32,000 nucleotides of DNA from Trichlorobacter lovleyi SZ (GCF_000020385.1 NC_010814.1:1260001-1292000); one strand, 5' to 3'; numbered from the stretch's first letter, positions 11,011 through 17,945 are shown. Notes: generated from the letters alone by a model not told the origin. Made by a program: numbers and translations.

Positions 11011-11307
11011 ATGACCAGAACAACTACCAGTCGTTATGATGTTGCCGAGCATCTCCGTACTCCGGAAGAAATGGCAGCCTATCTTGAAGCTTCCCTTGAA
11101 GAGGCCAATGGCGATGCCGCTTTTATTGCCAAGGCCCTCGGTGATATTGCCCGTGCCAAGGGGATGTCGCAGGTGGCTCGTGATGCCGGTCTTTCCCGTG
11201 AAAGTCTTTATAAGGCCCTCTCCGGAGAAAGAGTTCCAGGTTTTGATACAATTCTCAAAATTGTTTCGGCTTTGGGACTCAAACTTCACGCTGAAGCTGC
11301 CCATTAA
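11011..11307 (+). CDS. higA: HigA-family antitoxin (addiction module antidote protein, HTH)
   Basis: 98 aa. The sequence YDVAEHLRTPEEMAAYLEASLEEANGDAAFIAKALGDIARAKGMSQVARDAGLSRESLYKALS is the typical COG3636 HTH antidote protein. GGAG lies upstream, and the gene starts 9 nt after the toxin stop. Confidence 0.85.
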   Translation: MTRTTTSRYDVAEHLRTPEEMAAYLEASLEEANGDAAFIAKALGDIARAKGMSQVARDAGLSRESLYKALSGERVPGFDTILKIVSALGLKLHAEAAH

Positions 11308-11431
11308 GTTTTTGTCGCCTACATTGTATGACCTGTCAAAGAACTGTGGGTGAAGCCCCATTACCAGGCTACAGCTACAGGATAGTTTTGGTCATACCTC
11401 TATTGAACAGGTGTCCGCCCCTCATTCATTC

Positions 11432-11518
11432 TCAAAATGTCGATAAGTCAAGCCTGACCCCATAGGTGTCCCGTAGGGAAAGAATCAGGAGGGAAAACAG
11501 GGTGAGTAGGCGGTGCAT
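11432..11518 (-). pseudogene. relic 5' end of an alpha-2-macroglobulin gene (28-codon stub)
   Basis: The stub translates to MHRLLTLFSLLILSLRDTYGVRLDLSTF*, against MQRLLTLFFLLILSLLTV for the intact gene. Homology stops after about codon 15. Confidence 0.65.
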
Positions 11519-11580
11519 AACAGACTCCTCTATGGGTGGCTGTGGTGTTTATATTTTTTTTAACGGCTATGAGCGTGATC
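11473..11580. repeat. direct repeat copy B (relic A2M 5' end and upstream region)
   Basis: See copy A. This copy retains GAGGAG, an ATG (11516-11518) and about 15 signal-peptide codons. Confidence 0.8.
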
Positions 11581-11656
11581 AGCGCGGCAACGCTTTTTAG
11601 CCGAGATCGTGTCCACGCGAGAGTTGGAATCTCTTTTACTCCGACTTGTTCCGAAC

Positions 11657-12358
11657 TTATGCGGGAAAAGGAATTTGTGGTAAGTGTCCCACCACCCAGG
11701 CAAAAGCGCTACCAGCCATTCTTAGTAAATCTTTTGCTGCTGTTGGAGCAAGTGCAGCGCCAACTATGATATTGATTAGAGCCCCGTATGCTAAGTTTAT
11801 CCAATCTTTCCGTCCAACTCGTCCCGCAGCATCTTCGAGGTATTTGAGACGTTCTTCAATAAGTCTAAGACTAGAACCTGATATAGAATGTGCTGTAACT
11901 AAATATTCACGAATCTCATTTAAATTTTGAGATATGTGCTTTCGCTCTGATGAATTAAATTTTTTGTTTGATTCATCTTCGTTACCATCCGATTTCATAT
12001 TTACTTCAAAAGAGCTATCACCAGCTATTACCGACCATAAATCCGGGGTTTCAAACTCTTCCTTTAGGTAACTTAGCCAGCAACAAAAATATGAATATTG
12101 GCCATTCCAATTCCCAGGGTACTGTTGCTCAATATATTTAGTCTGTCCCGGAGAATACTGACACCATTCAACGTCATTTTGTAATTCGAACTGGAAATAT
12201 CCGTCAGATTGTACGTGTATGAGACGCGGTACAATAAGATTATGTTGGTTAAAGCTATTAGCCATTTCCCAATGGAAAGAAGCAGGATCTAATCCGTTAT
12301 TCTGAATTGCTGTGAATAACATGTTCCGTTGCGATGTTAGCAAGCGATGCTCGGACAT
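11657..12358 (-). CDS. hypothetical protein, orphan gene in the AT-rich islet, with a hydrophobic C-terminal region
   Basis: 233-aa ORF with GGAGG 7 nt upstream of the ATG. Composition is strongly AT-rich, in contrast to the flanks. The C-terminus WINLAYGALINIIVGAALAPTAAKDLLRMAGSAFAWVVGHL looks like one or two membrane or amphipathic helices. I recognise no family. Confidence 0.75.
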   Translation of the reverse strand: MSEHRLLTSQRNMLFTAIQNNGLDPASFHWEMANSFNQHNLIVPRLIHVQSDGYFQFELQNDVEWCQYSPGQTKYIEQQYPGNWNGQYSYFCCWLSYLKEEFETPDLWSVIAGDSSFEVNMKSDGNEDESNKKFNSSERKHISQNLNEIREYLVTAHSISGSSLRLIEERLKYLEDAAGRVGRKDWINLAYGALINIIVGAALAPTAAKDLLRMAGSAFAWVVGHLPQIPFPA

Positions 12359-12393
12359 CCGAGACCTCCGTTTATCTTATTCAAACTCGTAAT

Positions 12394-12429
12394 TGACCGG
12401 TTCACGCGCGTGCGCGCGTGAACCGGTCA
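12394..12429. repeat. 36-bp GC-rich palindrome
   Basis: TGACCGGTTCACGCGC-gtgc-GCGCGTGAACCGGTCA, with perfect 16-bp arms. It is embedded in AT-rich DNA 35 nt upstream of the 233-aa gene ATG. Confidence 0.75.
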
Positions 12430-12690
12430 TCCCCCCAAATGGAACAGTTATTCAGCTCATTTTTATCAAGTCTACCATCACGGTACCTACTCTGTTGAAG
12501 CGAGACAGTATAGATAATTTGATGATTAAATTAGGGACACTTCCCGTATTTACGAAACTTCAACCCTGGAAAGACATGCTGCCGATCTTCTTGCCGGTTG
12601 TTTCAACCATTAATCCTAAAAGCCACTGTTTGCCGCAAAAGAGCGCAAAGAAATAAAAAAAACGGACAGATAACGCAAAACCCTAAACAG

Positions 12691-13116
12691 CTAATCACTG
12701 CTTTGTAAGGCCAGTATTTTTATTGTCTCTTCCGCAGAATACACCGGTATTTTTGACTTTTTGAAATCCTTCTGATTGCGAGTGACAATGGCTTCAGCTC
12801 CGACATGACGGGCAGCTTCATAAATTACTGCGTCTTCAAAATCGGCAAAACCAGCGGCAAGTGCTGACTGAAGAACATGTCTGTTAACAGGAGCCACTTC
12901 AAAAAGACTCAGCAATTTTTTTATTTCTTCCTGTGCCTTTGGTGTGCCTACCACTTTTGCTGCAAGATAATAGACGGTTGTGATTGTCGTGCCGCACAAG
13001 TACCCGGTGGCGCTTCCGTCTTCCACCTTTGAAAACAGTTCTGCTGCGGCATCCGCAAATGGCATGCGGTCCATCAGCAGATCAAGGACGATGTTTGTAT
13101 CCAGAAGTATTTTCAA
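12691..13116 (-). CDS. vapC: PIN-domain toxin VapC
   Basis: 141 aa. It starts MKILLDTNIVLDLL (first acidic residue), with further conserved acidic positions at FEDAVIYEAA and TRNQKDF. The start overlaps the antitoxin stop by 4 nt. Confidence 0.9.
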   Translation of the reverse strand: MKILLDTNIVLDLLMDRMPFADAAAELFSKVEDGSATGYLCGTTITTVYYLAAKVVGTPKAQEEIKKLLSLFEVAPVNRHVLQSALAAGFADFEDAVIYEAARHVGAEAIVTRNQKDFKKSKIPVYSAEETIKILALQSSD

Positions 13117-13355
13117 AGGTGTTTCCCCTCCAGATATTTTTTGTAATCCTTTTCATCCAGCTTTGATTCCCGCAATAATCCCCGAAGTGATTGCGTTATT
13201 GGTGTTGAAGGAGTGTTGGTTTTGATGTTCTGAGTAGTGATCAGCTTGAAGTATTCTGCAACGATCTGCGATACAGATTTCCCTGCTTGTGCCGCGTAGG
13301 ATTTTGCCTGTTCAACTAACTGATCTTCAAGGCGAAGAGTGAGCTTGGTTTGCAT
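13113..13355 (-). CDS. vapB: VapB-type antitoxin (ribbon-helix-helix-like)
   Basis: MQTKLTLRLEDQLVEQAKSYAAQAGKSVSQIVAEYFKLI is a typical RHH-like antitoxin N-terminus. I prefer the ATG at 13353-13355, which has GGAGG 6 nt upstream, over the track TTG start at 13367. Confidence 0.8.
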   Translation of the reverse strand: MQTKLTLRLEDQLVEQAKSYAAQAGKSVSQIVAEYFKLITTQNIKTNTPSTPITQSLRGLLRESKLDEKDYKKYLEGKHL

Positions 13356-13373
13356 GGTAACCTCCAAATGGAT

Positions 13374-13422
13374 AGACGTATTATTTTGATGAAAATATAC
13401 GTCTGTAGCTTGTTCATGTCAA
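13374..13422 (-). promoter_or_regulatory. vapBC sigma-70 promoter with an overlapping inverted-repeat operator
   Basis: The minus strand reads TTGACA (13417-13422), N17, then TATATT (13394-13399). An 8-bp inverted repeat, AGACGTAT (13374-13381) and ATACGTCT (13397-13404), overlaps the -10 element, as expected for TA autoregulation. Confidence 0.55.
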
Positions 13423-13430
13423 TCCGGTCT

Positions 13431-14021
13431 CTATTCCTGCCCCCTGATATATTCTGCCTTAAACCGGTACAACCTGATCCCGCTGCTCCGTTCGTTTAAT
13501 CCCAAGCGTTGCAGGGCAGAACGCCAGGCATACTGTGCAGTGCGGGCCTCACCCGGTACAATCGCCACCCCACGGCCATCCGATGCCTCCACCAGCAGGC
13601 CTTCATGCTGTGGATCAACCTGACGCCAATCGCTGATCGGCTGCGGCTGTCCGGGAAAGGTGATCTGGATACTGGCAGAGCGAGCCAGTTCTGGGGTAAG
13701 CCGGGTGGCGCGACTGTCGTTCTTCAGGGCCAGTCGGATGTTGTCGCTGATCTCATCAAACAGGGTGGCATGGCGCGGAGTAAAGCTGCCAAAACAGGCC
13801 ATGACCTGCCGCTTGACAAAGAAGGTGACAAAACAGGCCCGCTGGTTTCCAATGGTGATTGCTGGCGGACTGGGTGCGGGCCTCTTTTCCAGGCGGCTGA
13901 TCATGGTTGCCCTGGCATACTCCAGCAGGGCGGTCTGGTCCGGCTGGCTGAAGGTTGCGCCAGAAGCAGGCAGTACCAGCAGGCAGAAGAACAGACAGAT
14001 CAGCAGCAACCTGTTTTTCAT
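13431..14021 (-). CDS. secreted AMMECR1-like domain protein
   Basis: 196 aa with a signal peptide (MKNRLLLICLFFCLLVLPASGA). ACFVTFFVKRQVMACFGSF aligns to the AMMECR1 motif GxFVTL...LRGCIG, and the later DSRATRLTPEL and GLLVEASDGRGVAIVPGEA blocks also fit. The start overlaps the VanW stop (ATGA). Confidence 0.65.
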   Translation of the reverse strand: MKNRLLLICLFFCLLVLPASGATFSQPDQTALLEYARATMISRLEKRPAPSPPAITIGNQRACFVTFFVKRQVMACFGSFTPRHATLFDEISDNIRLALKNDSRATRLTPELARSASIQITFPGQPQPISDWRQVDPQHEGLLVEASDGRGVAIVPGEARTAQYAWRSALQRLGLNERSSGIRLYRFKAEYIRGQE

Positions 14022-14779
14022 GGACTGTCCCCTGCCATCACCCGGCTGGGGGCCGGATAGATGTCCTGGGAGATCAGCTCATCCCGCACTTGTCCGTTTT
14101 CCTTAATGATCCTTCTGGTCTCGGTGGAAAAGCCGCTGGCCCCCTGTTGTTGCGGGGCATGGGCAGTAGCGGTAACCACAACCGTATCCGGCACCAGTCT
14201 GGTCTGGCTGACATTCAGCTCTACGGAAAACGGCTTCTCAACCGGTCCGTACAATGAGGTGGTCAGACGGTTCTGGTTCAGGGCAATGCGCAGTTGCAGC
14301 GGGTAGGGGTGGGGGTTTTTCAGTTTCAGGTCTTTGCGCCAGGAGGCGATGGTGGCATCCCGGCCCGGTGGTACATGACCAACAGTGCGGGAGTGGGGGT
14401 GCCGTTCCACCACCTGCATCCCAGCCAGAAGTCCGGCATTGTAGATGGTAGAGGCCAGCTGGCAGATGCCGCCGCCGGGGATATCCTGCAGCAGGCCGGT
14501 TGCAGTGATGATCGGCGCAGCGCGATAGCCTTTGCCTGTGTCCCGTGCACCGACCCGCTCGTTAAAGCTGAAGGTCTCACCCGGTGCAATAATCACGCGA
14601 TCCAGGTCGCGGGCTGCAGTGGCGGTGTTGTGGCGTTGCTGGTCTGAGCGAAGCTGCAGTGAGGTGCTGAAGCCGCCCCAGATATGGCTGAAGGCATCAT
14701 CGGCAGCCAGGGCTGACTGGCTGATGGAGAAAAACAGCAGGAACAGGAAGAGGGCCGGAATGCTCTTCATGGTCGCCAT
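14018..14779 (-). CDS. VanW family protein
   Basis: 253 aa with a signal peptide and the VanW-family signature motifs GETFSFNERVG and GGGICQLASTIYNA. Confidence 0.85.
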   Translation of the reverse strand: MATMKSIPALFLFLLFFSISQSALAADDAFSHIWGGFSTSLQLRSDQQRHNTATAARDLDRVIIAPGETFSFNERVGARDTGKGYRAAPIITATGLLQDIPGGGICQLASTIYNAGLLAGMQVVERHPHSRTVGHVPPGRDATIASWRKDLKLKNPHPYPLQLRIALNQNRLTTSLYGPVEKPFSVELNVSQTRLVPDTVVVTATAHAPQQQGASGFSTETRRIIKENGQVRDELISQDIYPAPSRVMAGDSP

Positions 14780-14830
14780 TTCCGGTATGTGGTGCGGAGA
14801 TTGGGGATCATGAAGATCTTATAGCATAGT

Positions 14831-15973
14831 TTAGAGAAAGCGCACGAAGACCTGATTTGAAAGCAGCATCCCCTGTTTGGTCAGGCAGAGCCGGTCCTGG
14901 CTGCAGGTCAGTAATCCGGCCTGTTGCAGCTGATGGATCGCTTCTGAAAAACGGTGCTCAAGCCGTTCTCCAAATTCCTCTGCAAAACCGTTAAGACTGA
15001 TGCCGTCAGCCATACGCAGACCCAGAAAGATATATTCTGACAGGGCATCTTCGCGGGTCAGTTCCTGCTGTTCCGTTGCTGCAAGTTTTCTGTCATGTAT
15101 GGCAGCAGCCCAGGTCTCAAAAACGCTCTGATTGCCCCAGCGGATTCCCCATTCCTGGCGCAGAAAGGAGTGGGCCCCGGGGCCGATTCCCAGGTAGCCG
15201 TCCCGCTGCCAGTAGCCGCAGTTGTGCTGGGAGCGACAGCCTGGGCGGGCAAAGTTGGCGATCTCGTAATGATCATAGCCCGCAGCAGTAAGCCTGCTGT
15301 CAGCCTCTTCAAGCATACCTGCAGACAGGTCATGATCAGGCAGCGCATCTGATCCAACAGGGTAGCGTCCGGCAAAGGGAGTTTCTTCCTCAATGGTCAG
15401 GCCATAGACCGAGAGGTGGTCCGGCTGGAGTGCCAGCGCTGCTGCCAGATCCTGCTGCCAGTCAGTCATGGTCTGATCCGGCAGGCCGCAGATCAGATCA
15501 AGGCCGATGCTGCTGAAACCGGCCTGCTGCGCCAGTTGGAACGCGTTGCAGGTTTCGACTGCAGTGTGCCGCCTGCCCAGGGTCTGCAGCAGCTGGTCAT
15601 TAAAGGATTGTGCTCCCAGTGAAAGCCGGGATACTCCGGCCTGGTAATAGCCGGTCAGTGAGTCAAGGCTGACCGTGCCGGGATTTGCCTCCAGGGTGAT
15701 CTCGATGGTGCTGGAATGACCAAACAGGGCCTGCGAACCGGAGATCAGGCGGCTGACCTGTTCAGGGTCAAGCAGGGAAGGGGTGCCGCCGCCGAAGTAG
15801 AGAGAACGGAGCGGCTGATTGAGGGGATAGACCGTGGCTGCCAGTTCCATCTCCCGCAGCAGCAGATGACAGGTCTGCTCCAGTTGGTGCGGTTCAAGCG
15901 GTCGGGAGCTGAAGGCACAATAGCCGCATTTGCTGAGGCACCAGGGGATATGGATATACAGTCGGGAAAACAT
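14831..15973 (-). CDS. hemW: radical SAM heme chaperone HemW (HemN-like, oxygen-independent coproporphyrinogen oxidase family)
   Basis: 380 aa. It starts MFSRLYIHIPWCLSKCGYCAFSS (CxxxCxxC) and has the HemW/HemN-like C-terminal domain. Confidence 0.9.
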   Translation of the reverse strand: MFSRLYIHIPWCLSKCGYCAFSSRPLEPHQLEQTCHLLLREMELAATVYPLNQPLRSLYFGGGTPSLLDPEQVSRLISGSQALFGHSSTIEITLEANPGTVSLDSLTGYYQAGVSRLSLGAQSFNDQLLQTLGRRHTAVETCNAFQLAQQAGFSSIGLDLICGLPDQTMTDWQQDLAAALALQPDHLSVYGLTIEEETPFAGRYPVGSDALPDHDLSAGMLEEADSRLTAAGYDHYEIANFARPGCRSQHNCGYWQRDGYLGIGPGAHSFLRQEWGIRWGNQSVFETWAAAIHDRKLAATEQQELTREDALSEYIFLGLRMADGISLNGFAEEFGERLEHRFSEAIHQLQQAGLLTCSQDRLCLTKQGMLLSNQVFVRFL

Positions 15974-15979
15974 CAGGCA

Positions 15980-16130
15980 GAAAAAACTACTGCGGTGGCT
16001 GTCTGCTGCGTTGCGCGGTGCTCGCTTCCTTGTCTACCTGCTGTGGTATGTCTCGGTCGCTCCGCGCCGTGCGCCTGGCATCCAGCCATCCTCATGACGT
16101 TTTTCACAGGGCTTTTAAGCTGTTGCAATC
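15980..16130 (-). repeat. copy R1 of a ~130-bp inverted-repeat-bounded element (core 15980-16107, flank similarity to 16130)
   Basis: The reverse complement aligns with 19738-19897. The invariant blocks are GAAAAACGTCA, AGGCGCACGGCGC, AGCGAC.GAGACATA, AGCGAGCACCGCGCAACGC and CAGTAGTTTTT, plus the shared outer GATTGCAAC. Core identity is roughly 75-80% by eye. Confidence 0.8.
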
Positions 16131-16151
16131 TAATGGACGGCAGGCTACAGT
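16123..16151 (+). promoter_or_regulatory. candidate sigma-70 promoter for the cytochrome c gene
   Basis: TTGCAA (16123-16128), N17, then TACAGT (16146-16151), 32 nt upstream of the ATG. The -35 element lies inside the conserved GATTGCAAC flank of repeat R1. Confidence 0.45.
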
Positions 16152-16183
16152 TTGTGAAAAGAGTGAAAGCGGGGGTCGTTGTC

Positions 16184-16480
16184 ATGAGATCAGGTCTGGT
16201 TCTGCTGGTGTCCATACTGTTGTCCGGGGTTGCCTGGGCAGATATTTCGGGTGAGAAGCTGTTTAACCGCAAGTGTACCATGTGTCATGTGGTCAGGGGG
16301 CGGGGTGGTGCCATCGGTCCTGATCTGACCAGGGTGGCTGCCCGCATGTCAGAAGCCCAGCTGCAGGCCAAGGTAGCCTATCCCAAGAAATCCCATCCCG
16401 GTACCTCCATGCCTTCCTTTGCCACCCTTGAGGCTGGCGAGATGCAGGCATTGATGGCCTACCTGAAGACGCTTAAATAA
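16184..16480 (+). CDS. monoheme class I c-type cytochrome
   Basis: 98 aa. MRSGLVLLVSILLSGVAWA is a signal peptide. The heme-binding motif is CTMCH, with a distal Met in the context GTSMPSF. Only the 3' third of the 254-aa track ORF (15716-16480) is credible. Confidence 0.85.
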   Translation: MRSGLVLLVSILLSGVAWADISGEKLFNRKCTMCHVVRGRGGAIGPDLTRVAARMSEAQLQAKVAYPKKSHPGTSMPSFATLEAGEMQALMAYLKTLK

Positions 16481-16494
16481 CGGCGCGTGAGCGA

Positions 16495-16905
16495 CTACTC
16501 CCGTTCGCAGCCGATCTCGCTCACCTCGATCTGTCTGGCATTACTGGATAGCTTCAGGGTGAGTTTCTCTGCCAGTTCACGCCTGGCGCGCCCCTGCACC
16601 AGTTTTTCCTCGCCATGGAACAGGACCCGTCCGGTAAATCGGATGGCCTGGCTCTCATTTCCCGCAGCAACATAACTGTAACGCACGTCACAGAAGTAGC
16701 GCAGCGGACCGTTCAAACTCTCTGCGCCGCGCAGCCGCATCGTGCCGTTCAGGATGCATTCGTTTGGTTCCAGGCCATCCTTGCCGCAGGTCAGTGACGG
16801 CATTGCAACCTGGATGTTGACCGGTTCTGCTGCGATAAGCGGTGATGCGCTCAGTGTCAGAAACAGTCCGAAAACTGTTGCCAGCTGAGAAATCTGTTGT
16901 GTCAT
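16495..16905 (-). CDS. hypothetical secreted protein
   Basis: 136 aa from the ATG at 16903-16905, which has a GGGGGTGG SD-like sequence upstream. The signal peptide is MTQQISQLATVFGLFLTLSASPLIAAEP, and the mature part has four Cys. No family recognised. Confidence 0.6.
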   Translation of the reverse strand: MTQQISQLATVFGLFLTLSASPLIAAEPVNIQVAMPSLTCGKDGLEPNECILNGTMRLRGAESLNGPLRYFCDVRYSYVAAGNESQAIRFTGRVLFHGEEKLVQGRARRELAEKLTLKLSSNARQIEVSEIGCERE

Positions 16906-17081
16906 GACCACCCCCTGATTGCCGCCCGGTTTCAAAAACGGGCAGGAAATAGTTTTGTTCCGGTTGCCGTAGCCGGAACGACAGTAGCAGTTCTGGTCCT
17001 CAAAATCAAAGCCGCTTTTGCCATGCTCCGTTCAGCTGTGCCTTGGAGAGGCTGCGCGATGTTGTTTAAAACGGCCTGTTG

Positions 17082-17270
17082 CTAGCCTGCCTTGCGTTCC
17101 ACCCATGTATTGGCTCCGTAGGAGGGCCGTTGCTCAGCCAATGAGGCGGCCAGTCGTGTCACAATGGTGCTACTGCAGATCAGCGTGCCAATCCGTTGAA
17201 TTAGCGGTTCAAACTCCAGCCATAATCCAAAAACAAGTATCACTACCCCAAATAAGACGATCGGTTCCAT
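17082..17270 (-). CDS. small (62 aa) membrane peptide encoded just downstream of lexA
   Basis: AGGAG lies 8 nt upstream of the ATG, and the gene starts 36 nt after the lexA stop. The N-terminal helix MEPIVLFGVVILVFGLWLEF is hydrophobic. Confidence 0.55.
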   Translation of the reverse strand: MEPIVLFGVVILVFGLWLEFEPLIQRIGTLICSSTIVTRLAASLAEQRPSYGANTWVERKAG

Positions 17271-17306
17271 TGTTCACGCTCCTGAAAGGTTTGTTGGTTT
17301 CTTGGG

Positions 17307-17936
17307 TCAGTTCATCCGGCGGTACACGCCGATTACCTTGCCGACTATGCTCAGTTCGCCATCCTCCGGACGGATAATGATCGGTTCCATGTTCGGGTTT
17401 GCCGGTTGCAGCCGGATGTGGTCCCGTTCCCGGTAGAACCATTTCAGCGTCACCTCACCATCAATCATGGCAACCACGGTATCTTTGTTGCCGGCAGTCT
17501 GCTGCGGCCGCACCATTGCCAGATCGCCGTCCAGGATGCCTGCATTGATCATGGAATCGCCACTTACCCGCAGAAAGAAGCAGTCATCTCCTTTGACCGC
17601 CATCGGATCCACCGCGAAGTGCCCCTGAATATCTTCAATCGCAGGGGCAAGGTGCCCTGCACGCACGACACCGACCACCGGCAGAGATACTGAACGGTTG
17701 GCCGGCCGCACCAGAGCGATGCCCCGGTTGACACTCTCCCGCTTGATGTACCCTTTGCGCTCCAATGCCCCGAGATGCTTCATGACCGGCAGTGTGCCCG
17801 AGACATTCAGGTGACGGGCGATCTCGCGCTGGCTGGGCGGAAAGCCGTTGTCATCCGTGTATGACGTAATGAACTGCAGCACCTGCTTCTGGCGCTGAGT
17901 CAGTTCTTGTCGGGGTTTGCCTTCATAGGTATTCAT
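17307..17936 (-). CDS. lexA: LexA repressor
   Basis: 209 aa with a winged HTH (PSQREIARHLNVSGTLPVMKHLGALERKGYI). The Ala-Gly cleavage site is VVRAGHL, and the Ser/Lys dyad is in SGDSM and TLKWF. Confidence 0.93.
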   Translation of the reverse strand: MNTYEGKPRQELTQRQKQVLQFITSYTDDNGFPPSQREIARHLNVSGTLPVMKHLGALERKGYIKRESVNRGIALVRPANRSVSLPVVGVVRAGHLAPAIEDIQGHFAVDPMAVKGDDCFFLRVSGDSMINAGILDGDLAMVRPQQTAGNKDTVVAMIDGEVTLKWFYRERDHIRLQPANPNMEPIIIRPEDGELSIVGKVIGVYRRMN

Positions 17937-17945
17937 ATGACTACC
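17928..17945. promoter_or_regulatory. candidate LexA box overlapping the lexA start codon
   Basis: GGTATTCATATGACTACC is a 16/18 palindrome. It fits the Geobacter-type box as I recall it, GGTT-N2-C-N4-G-N3-ACC, at every position except the fourth. Confidence 0.5.

Noticed and set aside
12394-12429. An integron attC site interpretation of the 36-bp palindrome, given that TA cassettes are frequent in integrons.
   Set aside because: There is no intI gene in the window and no RYYYAAC/GTTRRRY core sites. The arms are perfect, whereas attC sites are imperfect with extrahelical bases.
12393-12656. An 87-aa plus-strand ORF in the AT-rich spacer between vapC and the orphan gene.
   Set aside because: It has a non-ATG start inside the palindrome and no SD, and its sequence is implausible. 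It probably arises by chance in non-coding DNA.
15716-16183. The 5' two-thirds of the 254-aa track ORF that ends in the cytochrome c gene.
   Set aside because: This part is antisense to hemW and crosses repeat R1. A signal peptide, an SD-like sequence and a promoter all support the internal start at 16184.
15974-16183. A possible GEMM-I (c-di-GMP or cGAMP) riboswitch upstream of the cytochrome c gene, as is common in Geobacter.
   Set aside because: I could not find the conserved GEMM-I core sequences (GGCAAACC and ACGCAAAGC-type elements). The region is instead explained by repeat R1.
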